From the human T2T-CHM13v2.0 reference genome, Homo sapiens, in NCBI RefSeq assembly GCF_009914755.1, contig NC_060929.1: 64,000 nt of DNA; one strand, written 5' to 3'. Below are positions 44,998 to 58,161 of this stretch, in pieces. Under the pieces are notes generated by a model that was not told the origin of the DNA, ran no database searches, and was given only the letters and a program-made list of their open reading frames with translations. The position numbers and the translations under genes are program-made. Every line of letters starts with the position of its first letter. Position 1 is the stretch's first letter.

Positions 44998-45284
44998 ACA
45001 AACTAACACAAAAACAGAAAACCAAACACTACATGTTCTCACTCATAAGTGAGAGTTGAACAGTGAGAACACATGGACATGGGGAGGGGAACATCACACA
45101 CTGAGGCCTGTCGGTGGGGGTCTGGGGCTGGGAAGGGATAGCATTAGGAGAAACACCTAATGTAGATGATGGGTTGATGGGTGCAGCAAACCACCATGGC
45201 ACGTGTATACCTATGTAACAAACCTGCACATTCAGCACATGTACCCCAGAACTTAAAGTATCATAAAAAAATTAAAAATAAAAA
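44998..45284 (+). mobile_element. L1PA7/8-like 3' end
   Basis: catgttctcactcataagtg...gcattaggagaaacacctaatgtagatgatgggttgatgggtgcagcaaaccaccatggc, then poly-A. Confidence 0.9.
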
Positions 45285-45806
45285 TATAGTAGCCGCTGTT
45301 GTGCCCTTTCTCACATTCACGTAGAAGAGATCTGAACTAGGCTCCAGTTCTTAAAAACTTTTAGGATTACTAAAGGGATAGTGTTTGGGAAGAAAGAAAC
45401 AATGGAATCTATAAAAAATAGTCAATGTTTTGAAATAATTTTTCACACTCCAACACCTGTTGTTTCTTCTTTAATTACAAGTTGCCTCAAAAATTATTAT
45501 GTGTGCAAGTTGTTTTAACAACTGAAATGACACATGCTCAGTAATACCATTGGAGGCACTCCGATGAAATAATTTAAAAATGGAAACTGCAAATCTTAAG
45601 CAAAACACAAATTAAAACATATTGTTGATATAATTAAGCATTTCTGTCACTTCTACCAAAGGAAGCATGGTTTGCCATGAGGCAAACCAAACGAGTATAA
45701 TGCAATCAAAACATATTTTGAAAGTCTCTGGCTGCATTTGTATAAACATGTGAACTGTTCCTATAGCATGCCTCATTCTTGTTCATTGAACATTGGTATT
45801 AAGATT

Positions 45807-46420
45807 ATATTGCGTATTGCAAATAATGCTACAGTGAACATGGGAAAGCAGGTGCTTTACGAGGTAGTGATTTAATTTCCTTTGGGTATATGCCCAGAAG
45901 ACGGCTAGTAGGGTCCTATGGTAATTCTATTTTTAATTTTCTAAGGAATCTCCACACTGTTTTCCATACTGGCTGTACCGGCCTACATCTCCACCAACAG
46001 AGTACAATCTACATTCTTTACACCCTCACCAGCACTTGTTATCTCCTGTCTTTTTTATAGTACCTGTCCTAACAGGTGTACTCATGTAGCAAATTTCTGA
46101 ATACAACACACCATCATTAACTATAGTCCTAATGTTATACGTTAGGTCTTTCAAGGTGTTCATTCTACATATTTGCTACTTTGTGTTATTTGACCTATAT
46201 CTCCTCATTCCCCCTGCACTCTCCTGCCAACCTAACAACCACTGTTTTATTTTCTCTCTCCATATATGAGACCTTTTGTTTTTTATATTTCACATCTAAG
46301 TGAGATAATGCACTATTTCTCTTTCTTTGTTTGGTTTATTTTATTTAGCATAATGTGTGCCACATCCATCCATGCTGTGACAAATCACAGGATCTCATTT
46401 TTAAGGCTGTATAATATTCC

Positions 46421-46468
<48 letters not shown>

Positions 46469-46961
46469 ACAGCTTCTTTATCCATTCATCTATTGATGGA
46501 CACTTAAGCTGTTTCCAAATGAAATGGCAACCTACATGTTGGGAAAAATATTTGCAAAGTATACATCAGATAAGGGATTAATATCCAAGGTATATAAAGA
46601 ACTCATACAACATGATAAAAAAAATATATATGACCCAATTAAGAAATGTCAAGGGACTTGAAAAGAAATTTCTCCAAAGACATAAAAATAGCCAAAAGGT
46701 ACATGAAAAGCTGCTCAACATCACTGGTCATCAGGAAAACACAAATCAAAACCACTATGAGATGTCACCTTACGCCTGTTAGGACAGGTACTCTCTATGA
46801 TGAAAAAACAGTAGACTTTTCATCATAGAGAGGAAAAACGAGTAACTATGAGAGAAGGTGGATATATTAATTTGTTCCACTATAGTAATCATATGACTAT
46901 ATGTACCTTTTACCATCATGCTGTATATCTTAAATATACACGATAAAATTTACTTTAAAAA
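45807..46961. mobile_element. L1MA element broken into four reordered or inverted blocks
   Basis: Two antisense blocks (45807-46080, 46080-46517) followed by two sense blocks (46517-46792, ~46810-46961). Confidence 0.82.
46423..46464. repeat. (TG)21 microsatellite within L1
   Basis: Perfect run. Confidence 0.97.
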
Positions 46962-47831
46962 GAGGGGGGAAAAAGCATACTGTGAACGGTAGCATCAACA
47001 CACCAAAACAATGTAAATAAAAGACAGGTACCCAGAGCATTTTGATTTAAGCCTCACAAGTAGTAATACTGCCCCAGGTTTAAGTAGAGACCACACTTCC
47101 CTTATTTACACTGGTATCCCCAGAGTCCATCACAGGGTAGAAGCTTATTCTTTATTAAATAAATGGTGGAATAAAAATGGGTAAAAAACCAAAATGCTCA
47201 GATTCTAGGTACAGAGTGTGAGCTCAGGTAAACCTCTCTTAATACTATGATGTATGCAGGGATTTGAACCTGAACAAACCAAATGAAGACCACGCCATAA
47301 GCAGCATAGTCAATTAAGGAGATGACAATATCTTTTGAGCAGATGTATGTCTCTGAAGCTTTTTGTTCAATTCTCTACTTACTTCATTTTAGAAAGGTAT
47401 TGGAAATGAGTCTGCTGAGAGGCAATATGCTGGCCTCTGCAATATGGAACCTACAATGGGTAATGTCTCAGGTGATCTCCACCTTTTCTGTACATTGAAT
47501 GAGCAGAGCTAATATCAATTAGACCCACAGGTTTCAGATTGGGATCCTGGGGTGGGGAGAGTGTTACTCTCACTCAGTCATGGCCCAAGTGCCATATGGC
47601 ATGGAATGTCTCCTGGAACCATGGCCCAGCCTGTACAACAAGGTGATGGACTGAAATAGGACTTTAAAAGGTAGAATGAGCTATACAAAGATGCAAATGA
47701 ATACAAGAGCCCAGCCTTGATGCTACAAGTTGCACAACACAAAAAGGGAGTACTTGGCTCTTGGTAAGAGGGACAACATCAGTACATCACTTAAGTTGGC
47801 TGGATAGCCAAATCTCTTTTTAAAAAATAAG

Positions 47832-48109
47832 GGCTGAGTGTGGTGGCTCATGGCTATAATCCCAGCACTTTGGGAGGCTGAAACAGGTGGGTCACTTGAG
47901 GTCGGGAGTTTAAGACCAGCCTGGCCAACATGGTGAAACCCCGTCTCTACTAAAAACATAAAAATTAGCTGACTGTGGTATCAAGTGCCTGTAATCCAGT
48001 TACTCGGGAGGCTGAGGCAGAAGAATCACTTGAACATGGGAGGCAGAGGTTGCAGTGAACTGAGATCATGCCACTGCACTCCAGGCAACAGAGTGAGACT
48101 CTGTCTCAA

Positions 48110-48152
<43 letters not shown>

Positions 48153-48153
48153 A
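47832..48153 (+). mobile_element. AluS with an (AAAT)n tail
   Basis: Alu dimer followed by about 11 AAAT units. Confidence 0.93.
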
Positions 48154-50694
48154 ATGAACAAGCAACACTACTCCAGGAGACTACTGTCTTTTAATTTCAG
48201 TAGCAAGTGCTCGGTAGAATCAGAAGTAGACAAGGTGAGCTACAGAAATTGACCAAAAACATGTGTCCAATTTGAAGGGAACATTTAATTGACTAAAAAG
48301 CCCAGTGAGTGTTCTTTATGGATAATCAATTGATTAGCTCAAATCCGTCAGCAGCACTACAATCAATGACGGAAGATGCATTTGGAAAAGAATATTGCCT
48401 GATTGTTTTTAAATAAACTTCTATTAAGACTTTAAATCTAGAGAGTCACTCTTAATTACTCATTTTTAACAGTTAAAAAATCTGACATTTAAAAAACCAG
48501 AGACATGGGTTCCATCTGACTGAGCATTTGCTATGCCTTTAACAGAATCTGTTTGTTCTGCATGTACTGCCTACTCGTGTAGGCCTATAAAATATTTTTT
48601 AAATTGTGGCCATTTAGTAGAAATTATTACAATTGAAATACTATTATTGTGTCTCCACATATAAGTTCTAGGTATTTTAATATCAAGTATTGAATAATCT
48701 TTATCATGGAATTTATTGGAAAGTTATAAAGGAAAAATGTGTGTGTGTGTACAATTTAAGTCACTTTTACAGTAGGAAATCTCTTCATGAAAACTTCTTT
48801 CAATTAACTTTGCAATCACTGTATTTGAATTATTGTAGGCATAAAAAATTTTTAAAAACTAAAGAAATGTACAACAGAGTCTTCCAACATTATAAATAAA
48901 ACATTTTTGTGAAATATTCCAGATCTCCATACCAATTGCAATTTCCAGAGATTGTAGATGATTATTTATATGTCCTAGAGGCAGACTCTTGATGGATTAA
49001 TTCCTATAATCCATCATTTTTCTTTTCTCTCCATCTGTGCCATACATCATTCTTAAGCTTGATTGCGAAACTTTCAGTGCCAAATTTTAGAAAACTTATA
49101 CTTTTGTGGCCATCTGCTGTACCACTCAATTTTGTGTACTGATATTAACTTTCTCAAAAAGCTTAAGCATCCTTTAACAACATGTGGCATTTTCACTTTG
49201 ACAATCTTTCATATTTGCAAGCTCTTCACTGAGATATTTTATTAAAAAAAAGAAAACAAACTTTGCATTCCAGTGTTTGTGAAGATATAATATCCAGTTT
49301 CAGCAAGGGAGATCAATTATTCCCTTTACGGAAGAATATTGGGAAATATAAGTGAATGGATTTTACAACCACAATGCAATGGAAGAGTTCAGGTTGCAAC
49401 CTTCTTCATAAAGGTCAAGGTCATGTCTTTAGCTTTCATGGAAATGGGTCACTTGAAAATCCTAGATCATCTCCATCAGATACAGCAATTATTAAGGAGG
49501 GACATGTCTTTCCCCATCAGCTACTGAACGGTATTTGAAGGGTAGCTTCCACAAAGGGGAGGGGAAATACAAAGCAGTTAGAATGATTTTGACTCAGACT
49601 AGCTGAAGCCACCAGAGCTTTTGATTTCACACATCAGGCTGTGCCCAACAAGGTGGATTTTGGGGAGATGAGCCCCTTGGTGTCCTTAGCTCTGTCTCCC
49701 TGCTTTGCTCCTGTCCTCCTCCTCCCTGACCTAGCTACTCTCAAGGCTGCCAGCTAGTGGGCAGCAGCTCCAGCTTCACTCTCGACACTCTGTGTGCAGA
49801 GAAAGAAAGGGCCTTCCCGTCCTGTATCTCTCTCTATGGAGAAGAGAGAACCTTTCCAGAAAAATGACTTTTCTTTCATGTGTCCCAGGCAAGAATTGGT
49901 CCACACAATGGAGAAGCCGTGTGCTAAATAAATATGCCTGGCAGAAAGTGGAGTGCCATCTGGCCTAATAATAGGTATCCATGGCTATGCGATGACTGGG
50001 AAGTTCTCACCAGTCCATGGGACCTGTAAGGCAGGAGGGCTCCAGATTGTGTTTAACCCCAATTATTGGACTGCAGCCTCAGAAATCCTGTTCTTATTGG
50101 TCCATTCTACTATGGTCAGGATTTGTTTTCACAAAGCCAGGTGTAGATGTGCTTTTGGGGCCGCACAGCCCCTCAGCCTCCTGTGGTCCCAGCTGCGGGC
50201 AAAATGGTGGTCAGTTCTCTGCCAGACACATCCACCTGGGGCACACACTTCCCTTCCTGTGGCTTTCCATGTTGGGAGTCTTCTCTGAAGCCCCAGGAGA
50301 CTGCTGGGTTAGTGAAAGTGCAGCCTGGGTGCATCCTCAACCAATGGTAGCTGGGAAGGTGACACACTCCCGAGAGGCATTTACAGGCTTCTCAGAAAAT
50401 CAGTTCTGCTGCCCTTAGCAGTGACCTTGGTGACAAACCCTAATAGGAGCTTTTCCCTCTTTCCTGCCTCACCCTGTCATCCTCTCCACCTGCTGCTGTC
50501 GACATATAAAAAACCACCTGCCCTAAACCCCTGTCTTGTCTCAAAATCTACTTTAAACAGGGGCCAAGCTATGATGCCAGAATTTTCACTCTCAGCTCCT
50601 ATTCCCATGATGAAGAAAATAGTCCAAAATAATGGTTGGGATCCTACATGTCTCGGAGGCTTTGAAGAACACACTGAGTTTTTATGCACTCAGT

Positions 50695-50820
50695 TCAGGG
50701 CTAGGGTGGCAGCCAGGATGTGCTGCCCTTTTTCAGAAGTGCTACTCACATCTCCATAATGTTTAATACTCCCTTTGGAATTCTGCAGTGCACAACCTGC
50801 ACAACTGTATGCATTGCCTT
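50695..50820 (-). mobile_element. MER91-like hAT fragment
   Basis: gcagtgcacaacctgcacaactgtatg is the reverse complement of the recalled MER91 terminus. Confidence 0.55.
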
Positions 50821-53800
50821 TGGAGGAGAAAGTGAAAAAAAAGGAGAAAGATGGGCATCACTTCTCAGATGCATCTAGATATCTGGGGCTTTCCCAAGGT
50901 TTCTTGCATTCTTCTGGACCCTCAGTTACATGCACAGTCTGAAGCCACCAGGGATTATCTCAATAAGTGCTTAACTGTTTTCGGTTTTTAGTTAGAACCA
51001 TTCACTTTATCGAATCTCATATAGGTCATATTTAGCTGGATACAACAAACTTCTATAAGCTCATTGGTGTTTAAGTTAATCTTATGAAAACTACAGTCCT
51101 TAACCTTTTCAATTACTTATCAAATATTAGATGAGGCCACACAGTGTAGTGGGGGAAACAAGCAGGCCACCATTATAAATGTCTGGCTTTGAGGCTGGCA
51201 ACCTTCCTACAACCTGGACCATCTCGCTTCTTTGCTCCAATTTCTACATCTATAAGTTGGTTACACTAACAACAATACTACTTCATTGGATTATTGGGAG
51301 GAATTCCTCACTCATTCCCTAAGAAGCACTTTAAACAATACCTGGCATGTAGCAATTATAATGACAGATGATGATGATGGTGATGAAGAATATTATTTTT
51401 ATCTATAAAAATTCTGTATGTTTTCAGTGGAGTTAGAGTCAACTATTTTATGTATTTCTTAAACTTTATTTTAGAAAATTTCCTTTCTAGGATTATAAAA
51501 TGGTATTTTCATGAGCAATGGATAAACTTAGTTGTATCTAATCCAGGTCCACCGGCTTGTTAAAGTAAGAACAGCTTCCAGACACATCAATAAGTAAGCC
51601 ATACAAATAGCCTACTATTCATATAGGGTCTGCATTAGTACCCTATTCAATAGTAGCCTATATGAATAGCTTACTATTCATATAGGGTCTGCATCTGTGA
51701 GGTTTCAAGGGTATTATTAAGGGCAGCAAATAAACTTGGAAATGGGTCTACGTCCAATGTAAAATAACAACCCTTTAACAAACACAAATAATTCAGTGTG
51801 AGCTGCCAATGTTCAAGTATCCACAGCTTAGCATATATTGGGGTGACATTGCCCAAACATAACCAAATAAACAAAAATAAGTGAATAAGAAGAAAACTTT
51901 TCATATATCTCTTCATAACAACCCACCTGCCATCTAAGGCAGGACTATGAATCTCTAGAAAGCCACGGTTCAAAAATGAGGAAACACCAAATATGAATAC
52001 AAAGGGAACTAACGATTACAAACAAGCAAGCAGCCAATTTTAAAACAGACTGTTCAATTGTAAAACTGTCAATCTCTCTCAGGCTACCTCTCCTCTATAT
52101 TTTATGATGAAAGGAAGTGCCAGCTGTCCCATTTGAATAAAAGTACACACCATTGCAAGGAGGTTGCTATGCTCTTGAAAATATTTTAGTACTAAAAATT
52201 AAATGGGGAACTAGAGATACTTTTTTGAAGTCTAGGAAGACAGGAAATGAGTATTTCTAAAACCCACAGGAATACATTGTCCATGGAACACGAAGATGCT
52301 GCTCACCTGATACCAGCCAAATAGGAAACTTACAGATAAAATTGTCCCAGAAATCAAAATTCTATTAGAGTCTTATAAGGATATAGAGTCTTACAAGAGC
52401 ATTCACAAGGATGCTCAGAAAATGTTTTATGAAATGTATCCTGAAAAATATAGTATTTATATCATTAAATTATTTATACTTACTAAAACAGCATTGTCAG
52501 AAGTTGAAATTAAAACATTTCTTGAAATAAAACTACAAAAATCATCTACAGTATGCTTTAAATATCACCAAATTAAGAACAATACAATTATTAAAATTTA
52601 TACGAAAATATTTACAATAAGCAGTGGTTTGTAGAAAAATCCTGAACATGGATTCAGAACTCTAATTCTGAATCAGAGCAGTAATATTAGGCAGATGAGG
52701 CTATATGCAGCTCCTACTTTTTAAAACTTGAGTAAAATGTGAGCCTCAAATAGTTTTTGTTGTATTAGTGAGGTTGTTTAAAATTGGGCTTACACATACA
52801 TCACTGGCCAGAGGCAAACACAGCTGAGACTGTTGAGAAATACGACTGGAGCTAAACAAATACAAAATATACCTGTTTGGGGCTTTTGAATGGTCTACTT
52901 TCATGGGTATGAGATATTAGATCTTTCCCATTAATCTCACTGTTCTTGTTCGTATACTTGCTGAGGGAGACACAGCACCCTGGATTGTCTCAGGACCTCT
53001 GAGTGGAAAGACCTGGACCGGGGGTCTTGCTGTCTCCAGTTGCAGGGTTTTTGGGTACCTAACTGGTTTTCTACAGGTCTCGATTTTCTCATTTGGAAAA
53101 TCAGGAAAACACGAGACGACCTTCCCCAAAGCATTCTGCAGACCCTAATGTGCTACACAAAAATGTGATATTTTGTAATGCCTGTCATTATTTTCATGTG
53201 TCACAACCTATTTAAACTTCCAATGGCCACGTTTCATTTGCTCTGAAGATTATCCATTGTGCCATTATTTGACACAAACAAATGTTAGTGTGTTATATCA
53301 ACTCTGACTGACCCTCGCAGAATCCCTTTTGACAGCATGTATTGATTATAATGTCTTTCTTCTTGACCTTTCCAGGCTTTCTGTGGTCTGGTTCTTTTGT
53401 ATCTAGGAAATAAATATCTCCCCTGTGCTCCCTGTTGCTCTCTTAAATCATAGCTTGTGGTCAATTGTTTCACGCTTTACATGATATTTCAGTAAGAAAT
53501 ATAGTGCTGCCAAATACTAAGTCTGCTGTTCTTTGTAAATTATTTTTGCTGTATCTGACGCTGTCTTTGGCTCTGATACAGCAAAAAATAAGGTAAATCT
53601 GCTAAACCTTTGAGGAAATTTTGAGTTGCATTAATTTAAGAAGTAATTCTATGTATACAACATAACATTTTATATCTTTCTTCCTTTCATGTGTTGTAAT
53701 TTTCAGCCAAAATGTAGAGTTAAGATTTGTGTTACAAGTTTATCTTCGATTAATTCCTATGCTCATGATGATCTCCTAATAGTACTCTTATGGTTGGCTG

Positions 53801-54029
53801 AAATGATCACAATATTATAAAAATCAAGAGTGTAAATCAAGAGAAGAGCTATAGAAAGACAAAAAGCTCCTCCTTCTTTTAAGCTACACTTCAACCTAAA
53901 TAGGAGTAAAGTAAGGCTTATCATTTATCACTTAACATTGGGCAAATAAATTATACAAATGGAGTTGTGTCATTAAATTCTATTTGTGCCCAGAGGACCA
54001 GTTCTCAAATGCTGGTCCAGTCCCCCACT

Positions 54030-54205
54030 GGCAACTTGCTACTGGGCAAGTTCATTAATCTTTCTCAGGCTGATTTTTTTTCCATCTCCAAGCAGAGGTA
54101 ATAATGAAAACTGCCTTGCAGGGATACAGAGAGAATAAACATAATAAATTTTAATTACTCTTAGTGCAGTGCATGGCATGTAGTAGGCACTCAACAAAAG
54201 TTATT
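54030..54205. mobile_element. MIR fragment
   Basis: tgggcaagttcattaatctttctcag...gcatggcatgtagtaggcactcaacaaa. Similar remnants lie near 32440-32570 and 51140-51360. Confidence 0.65.
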
Positions 54206-57200
54206 TTATGATGTAATACAGGATTTCAGGCAATCATTAAATATTAACTCCAGTATGTGTAGTTATAACTTAATTTCAATATTTAATTTGACATCACCTA
54301 GTAAGTTGGGATTTGCAAGTCTTCATCCAACAACAATTGTTACAGTTACTATTGTCAAAATAGGGTTAAAAGGAAACACACATATGACAGTGACAATCAT
54401 TTCTATTTTATAAATGTCTATGTTAGACTTGGCACTGGGCTAGGATATATAGAAATATTAGGTACTATATGTAATCCTCTAAACAGCTCTGTCATTCAAG
54501 TGTTCATGCTTCATATTTCATTTGAAAACAACCATGTGGAGAAGTAGAACAGCAGGTCAAATCTCACAGTGACTCAGAGGCAGAGCCCCTCTGACCCACC
54601 ACCCTGCTCCTTCCACCCGCTCTGTGAAGCCACAGGCATGCAGGGCTGACATGCAGACCTGGAGAGCAGCACCAAGGACCAGAGGACCCCAGATGCTCCT
54701 GTGGGTTTAGCCTACTTGGAAGTGGGGAGTAAACATCTGTGTTTTAAGTGTCTCATTCTGAGCTCACTGGAGCTATGAGCCACCAGGGAGGGACATTTGC
54801 TAGAAGTGGTCCCTCAATCAGCTGGACACATGTGCCCCAGGGTCCAGAGAAGGAATGCCAGGGTCACAGAATCATCAATTTCAGGGTCTGGCCCTGCACT
54901 TTGCAGAGCAAGACAGAAGCCCAGAGGGCAGTGAATGCATCTCAAGTTCACAGAGTTAAGTGACAGCACAAGATCCAGGTCCTCCCTCTGTGTCTGTCAA
55001 TCAGCTCCCCGAACTAATCCAAGGCTCTGGGTTTCCCAAGCTTTCGACATTGAGCAATTTACGAGTAGGGATTCATGGAGAGAACTAATAGCTCTTGGCA
55101 AGGGTCCTTCACTGCCTCTTTATTGAGATTCAAATAAAGGCTTGGTGACTTAGTCTAAGACAAGGATGTAGAAATTTCACAAGTGAAGCTGGGAAAATCC
55201 TTTCATGAAATTTCAGCTTTAAAGTGTTGGCAGAAGCAGAGATTCTTGAGTCTTTTCTAACCGATGCATACTTGAACTTGAAATAATCAATTCTTTCTTT
55301 TTCATAAACTGCTATAATAATCAGGAAATTGAGGTTTTTATACTTTCCACAAACATATTCTGTATTATATAAATGACATTTCATTAGCTGACTCCCATTT
55401 TTAATAAGCTGGAACTCAGAGAAGCAGCTGAAGCCCATGGATAACAATTAAAGAAATGAGACTAGGAAGGAGCACTCAAACGTGAGACCTGCCAGACCTT
55501 ACGGATGGCACCCTCCTTGATACAGGAGCTCTCAGTAGGAAAAACCATCACCGCCTTCTCCAAGGATGACACTGAGACTCAGAAATGTCACCTCTTGTTA
55601 TCCAGCCACACACACTGGTCACTTCATGTCTCAAAAATCAATACTTTTTTTATACTTACAGCTACTATCTTGATAATAGAACTCAATAAAAACCGAACCC
55701 TTTGTGGACAAAGATTTACGAACTGCAGCTAGAATATGAAGACCAAAAATGTTGCTTTAGCTAGGTAACTATCATTTTTAAATCAACTTCTTAGGAATTC
55801 AACTGATAGTATAGATCTTCCAAACAATCCAAAGAAACCGAGCCCTTCCTTTCTACTGTTTGCATTCCTCAATTAGTGTGAGCTGGCATTCCTGCCTTAG
55901 GACAGACAGAAACCAAAATGCATGGGAGAAGACACGTCAGAAGAAAAATATACTCCTACCACTGAGAAGTGGATTGCTCCTCATTGCCGCAATAACACCT
56001 TCCTAGAAGTAGACTACCAAAAGGCTAAGTTTGGTGGTACAAACAAAAAGAAAAACAAACCTTTAAATTTCCCAAAAAGTGACAATAGTCTCTTTGGAGA
56101 CATATGTGTTATTCTGGATTTGAAAGCAGTGGTTACATTTGTTTCATAAACTGTAATTCTATAATAAATAAAGCAATAAATACATTGATATTTTAGAAAG
56201 ACCTTCAATTTTTACATTTATCATCAGATGGATGTCACACATACACACATAGGAACTACATAAAAATGCTACATTATTGCTTAATATAATTTTTTTATTC
56301 ATTAAGCTATATTTGAAGGTAATTATAAAAGTCAATGAACAATGAGAAAATTAATGATGTGGACTGTTCTCTGAATTTTTCACACTGCAATGTATTTAGA
56401 AACTAGGGTGTGAGATCAACCCAGATCATCCATTCCTGTGGTTTCCCAGCAAATGAGACAAACCTTGACATGGCAATGCAGACCTCAGGGGGCACACATC
56501 ATGCCACCAGGAACAAAACATGACATTCTTCAGCAAAATACAAAGTTATCCCATTTGAATGGTTTTCCTAGAACATGTGAGTGTTCATAAATTTGTCATT
56601 TTAAAATTATTTAAAATAAATAGTTTTAAATGTCAGCATCTGAAATATCAATAAATATACATCGTAATGAAGATTTTTCATGGTCTACAGTTAGTTCAGG
56701 CTGATCTGGAAAGAAGTGTCTTTATAATCAGTACTAGACTATATGAGAGCTACGACAGTATCTTTTCCATTGTGAAGGGGAAGAAATCTAATTGTAATTT
56801 CCAATAACAGAAATCTCCTTGGGTCTGGTGTAATATCTGACAAAGAACCTCATATCCCTCTTCCTTTCTGAGAATTTCCCAAGGATATCTCGGCTGTGTG
56901 GTTTTTGCATGTCACAAAAGCAGGCTTTACAGCAGCACAAAAGCATTGCTCAGCCTCACAAACCAAAGGATAAAGATGCTGCAAAGGCCAACTGGAAAGA
57001 TCAGTGAGGAAGCAATTTAGCCAGACCTTCTCGTGCTGAGCTTCTCCATCAAACCTTTGCCACTGTCTGTGTCCACTCTGTGCAGCCAGCACCAGAGGCA
57101 GGTGAGTAAGGGGAAATGCTGTTACTCTTACAGAAGAAGCAGGAACAGCAAAAGCAAGTCTTTTGAAAAGAGCTTGTCCAAGAGGAATTTTATTTGACAG

Positions 57201-57586
57201 TTTAAAGTGTTAAAAGAAATATAACCTGTAAAGGCAGGAGAAAAAAAAAAACATGCATTCTCTTTTATCCTCTCTGCATTGGCACCAGCTTACTCTAACA
57301 ATGGCTCCATATAGTTTCTCAGTCCCCAGGGTGTGTCCGGTTCATCCCACAATGTTCTATACCTTGGTGTAGGCCTGATATGGGGATATTATTCCGTGTC
57401 CCAAACCGAATAGAGTAGCCATATATAAGCAGGCTGAAGGCTTTGTGACTCAGAAATCAGAACAGAAAAACTCCTGGGACAGTTTATCCCATATGTGAAT
57501 ACTTAATTCACGAAGCCTCCAGGATACTCTGAATTTCAAGTATTTTCTCCAGATATTCTAATTAAATTGAAAAACTTGTATGATTT

Positions 57587-57954
57587 GCAGCATCTAGTGT
57601 GTGTAGAGAATCGAGTACTTGACCATGTTGTGTTTACAGAGCACTCAGTGGTTGCAGAACATCTAGTGTCTGCCAAGAATCTCATGTTTGCAGAAGATCC
57701 AGTGTGTGAGAGGACCTGGTACCTCCAGAGCATCTATTGTATGGGGAACATCCAGTGTCTGGACATGTCATATTTATAGAGCATTTAGTATCTGGAGAGC
57801 ATAAGGTGTTTGCAGAGCTTCTAGAATGTACAGAGCACCTAGTGTGTGAGACCATTTAGTGTTTGCAGTGTACCAAATTTGTGCAGAGCCTCTAGTATGT
57901 GCAGAACATTTATTGTTTGCAGAACATCTAGTGTGTGCAGAGAATTTTGTGTGT
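57587..57954. repeat. Degenerate ~18-bp tandem array, ~21 units, consensus GCAGAGCATCTAGTGT(G/T)T
   Basis: Units can be parsed directly. Overlapping ORFs show a 6-aa periodicity (AEHLVC). Confidence 0.9.
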
Positions 57955-58013
57955 ATTGAGTCTGTATTCCTGGTTCTGGATTGTGGGCTGGGTGTGAGAA
58001 GAAGGCTACTCAC

Positions 58014-58161
58014 CACATTGCAGCCTGCACAGTCAGGCCCATTCTCACAGATCCTGCGGCGAGCTTGAATGCCACCCCCGCATTGGGCTGTGCACCGTTC
58101 CCAAGGACCCCAGCCTGTCCAGAACATGTGTGGGGGACATAGCAAATGTTCATTGCAGTAT
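58014..58161 (-). CDS. SEMA5A: SEMA5A coding exon (probably exon 16), TSP1 repeat, 148 nt, phase 2-0
   Basis: Encodes (R)YCNEHLLCPPHMFWTGWGPWERCTAQCGGGIQARRRICENGPDCAGCNV. Acceptor cattacAG, donor GTgagt. WxxWxxWxxC TSR motif; matches recalled human SEMA5A. Confidence 0.97.

Noticed and set aside
49953-50759. Cluster of 110-133-aa ORFs
   Set aside because: No recognisable domain or splice-consistent structure; expected by chance in a locally GC-richer stretch.
52651-52674. gattcagaa-ctctaa-ttctgaatc, resembling the base of the MIR4636 stem
   Set aside because: Only a 9-bp stem and a 12-nt match, and the similarity does not extend; treated as chance.
53540-53591. 13-bp inverted repeat tttttgctgtatc/gatacagcaaaaa with a 19-nt loop
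   Set aside because: Short, AT-rich, too small for a pre-miRNA, and no RNA family features.
57587-57954. CRISPR-like array or repeat-protein gene (AEHLVC repeats)
   Set aside because: Units are contiguous with no unique spacers, there are no cas genes, and the context is a human intron. Frames are broken by 15/17-nt units.
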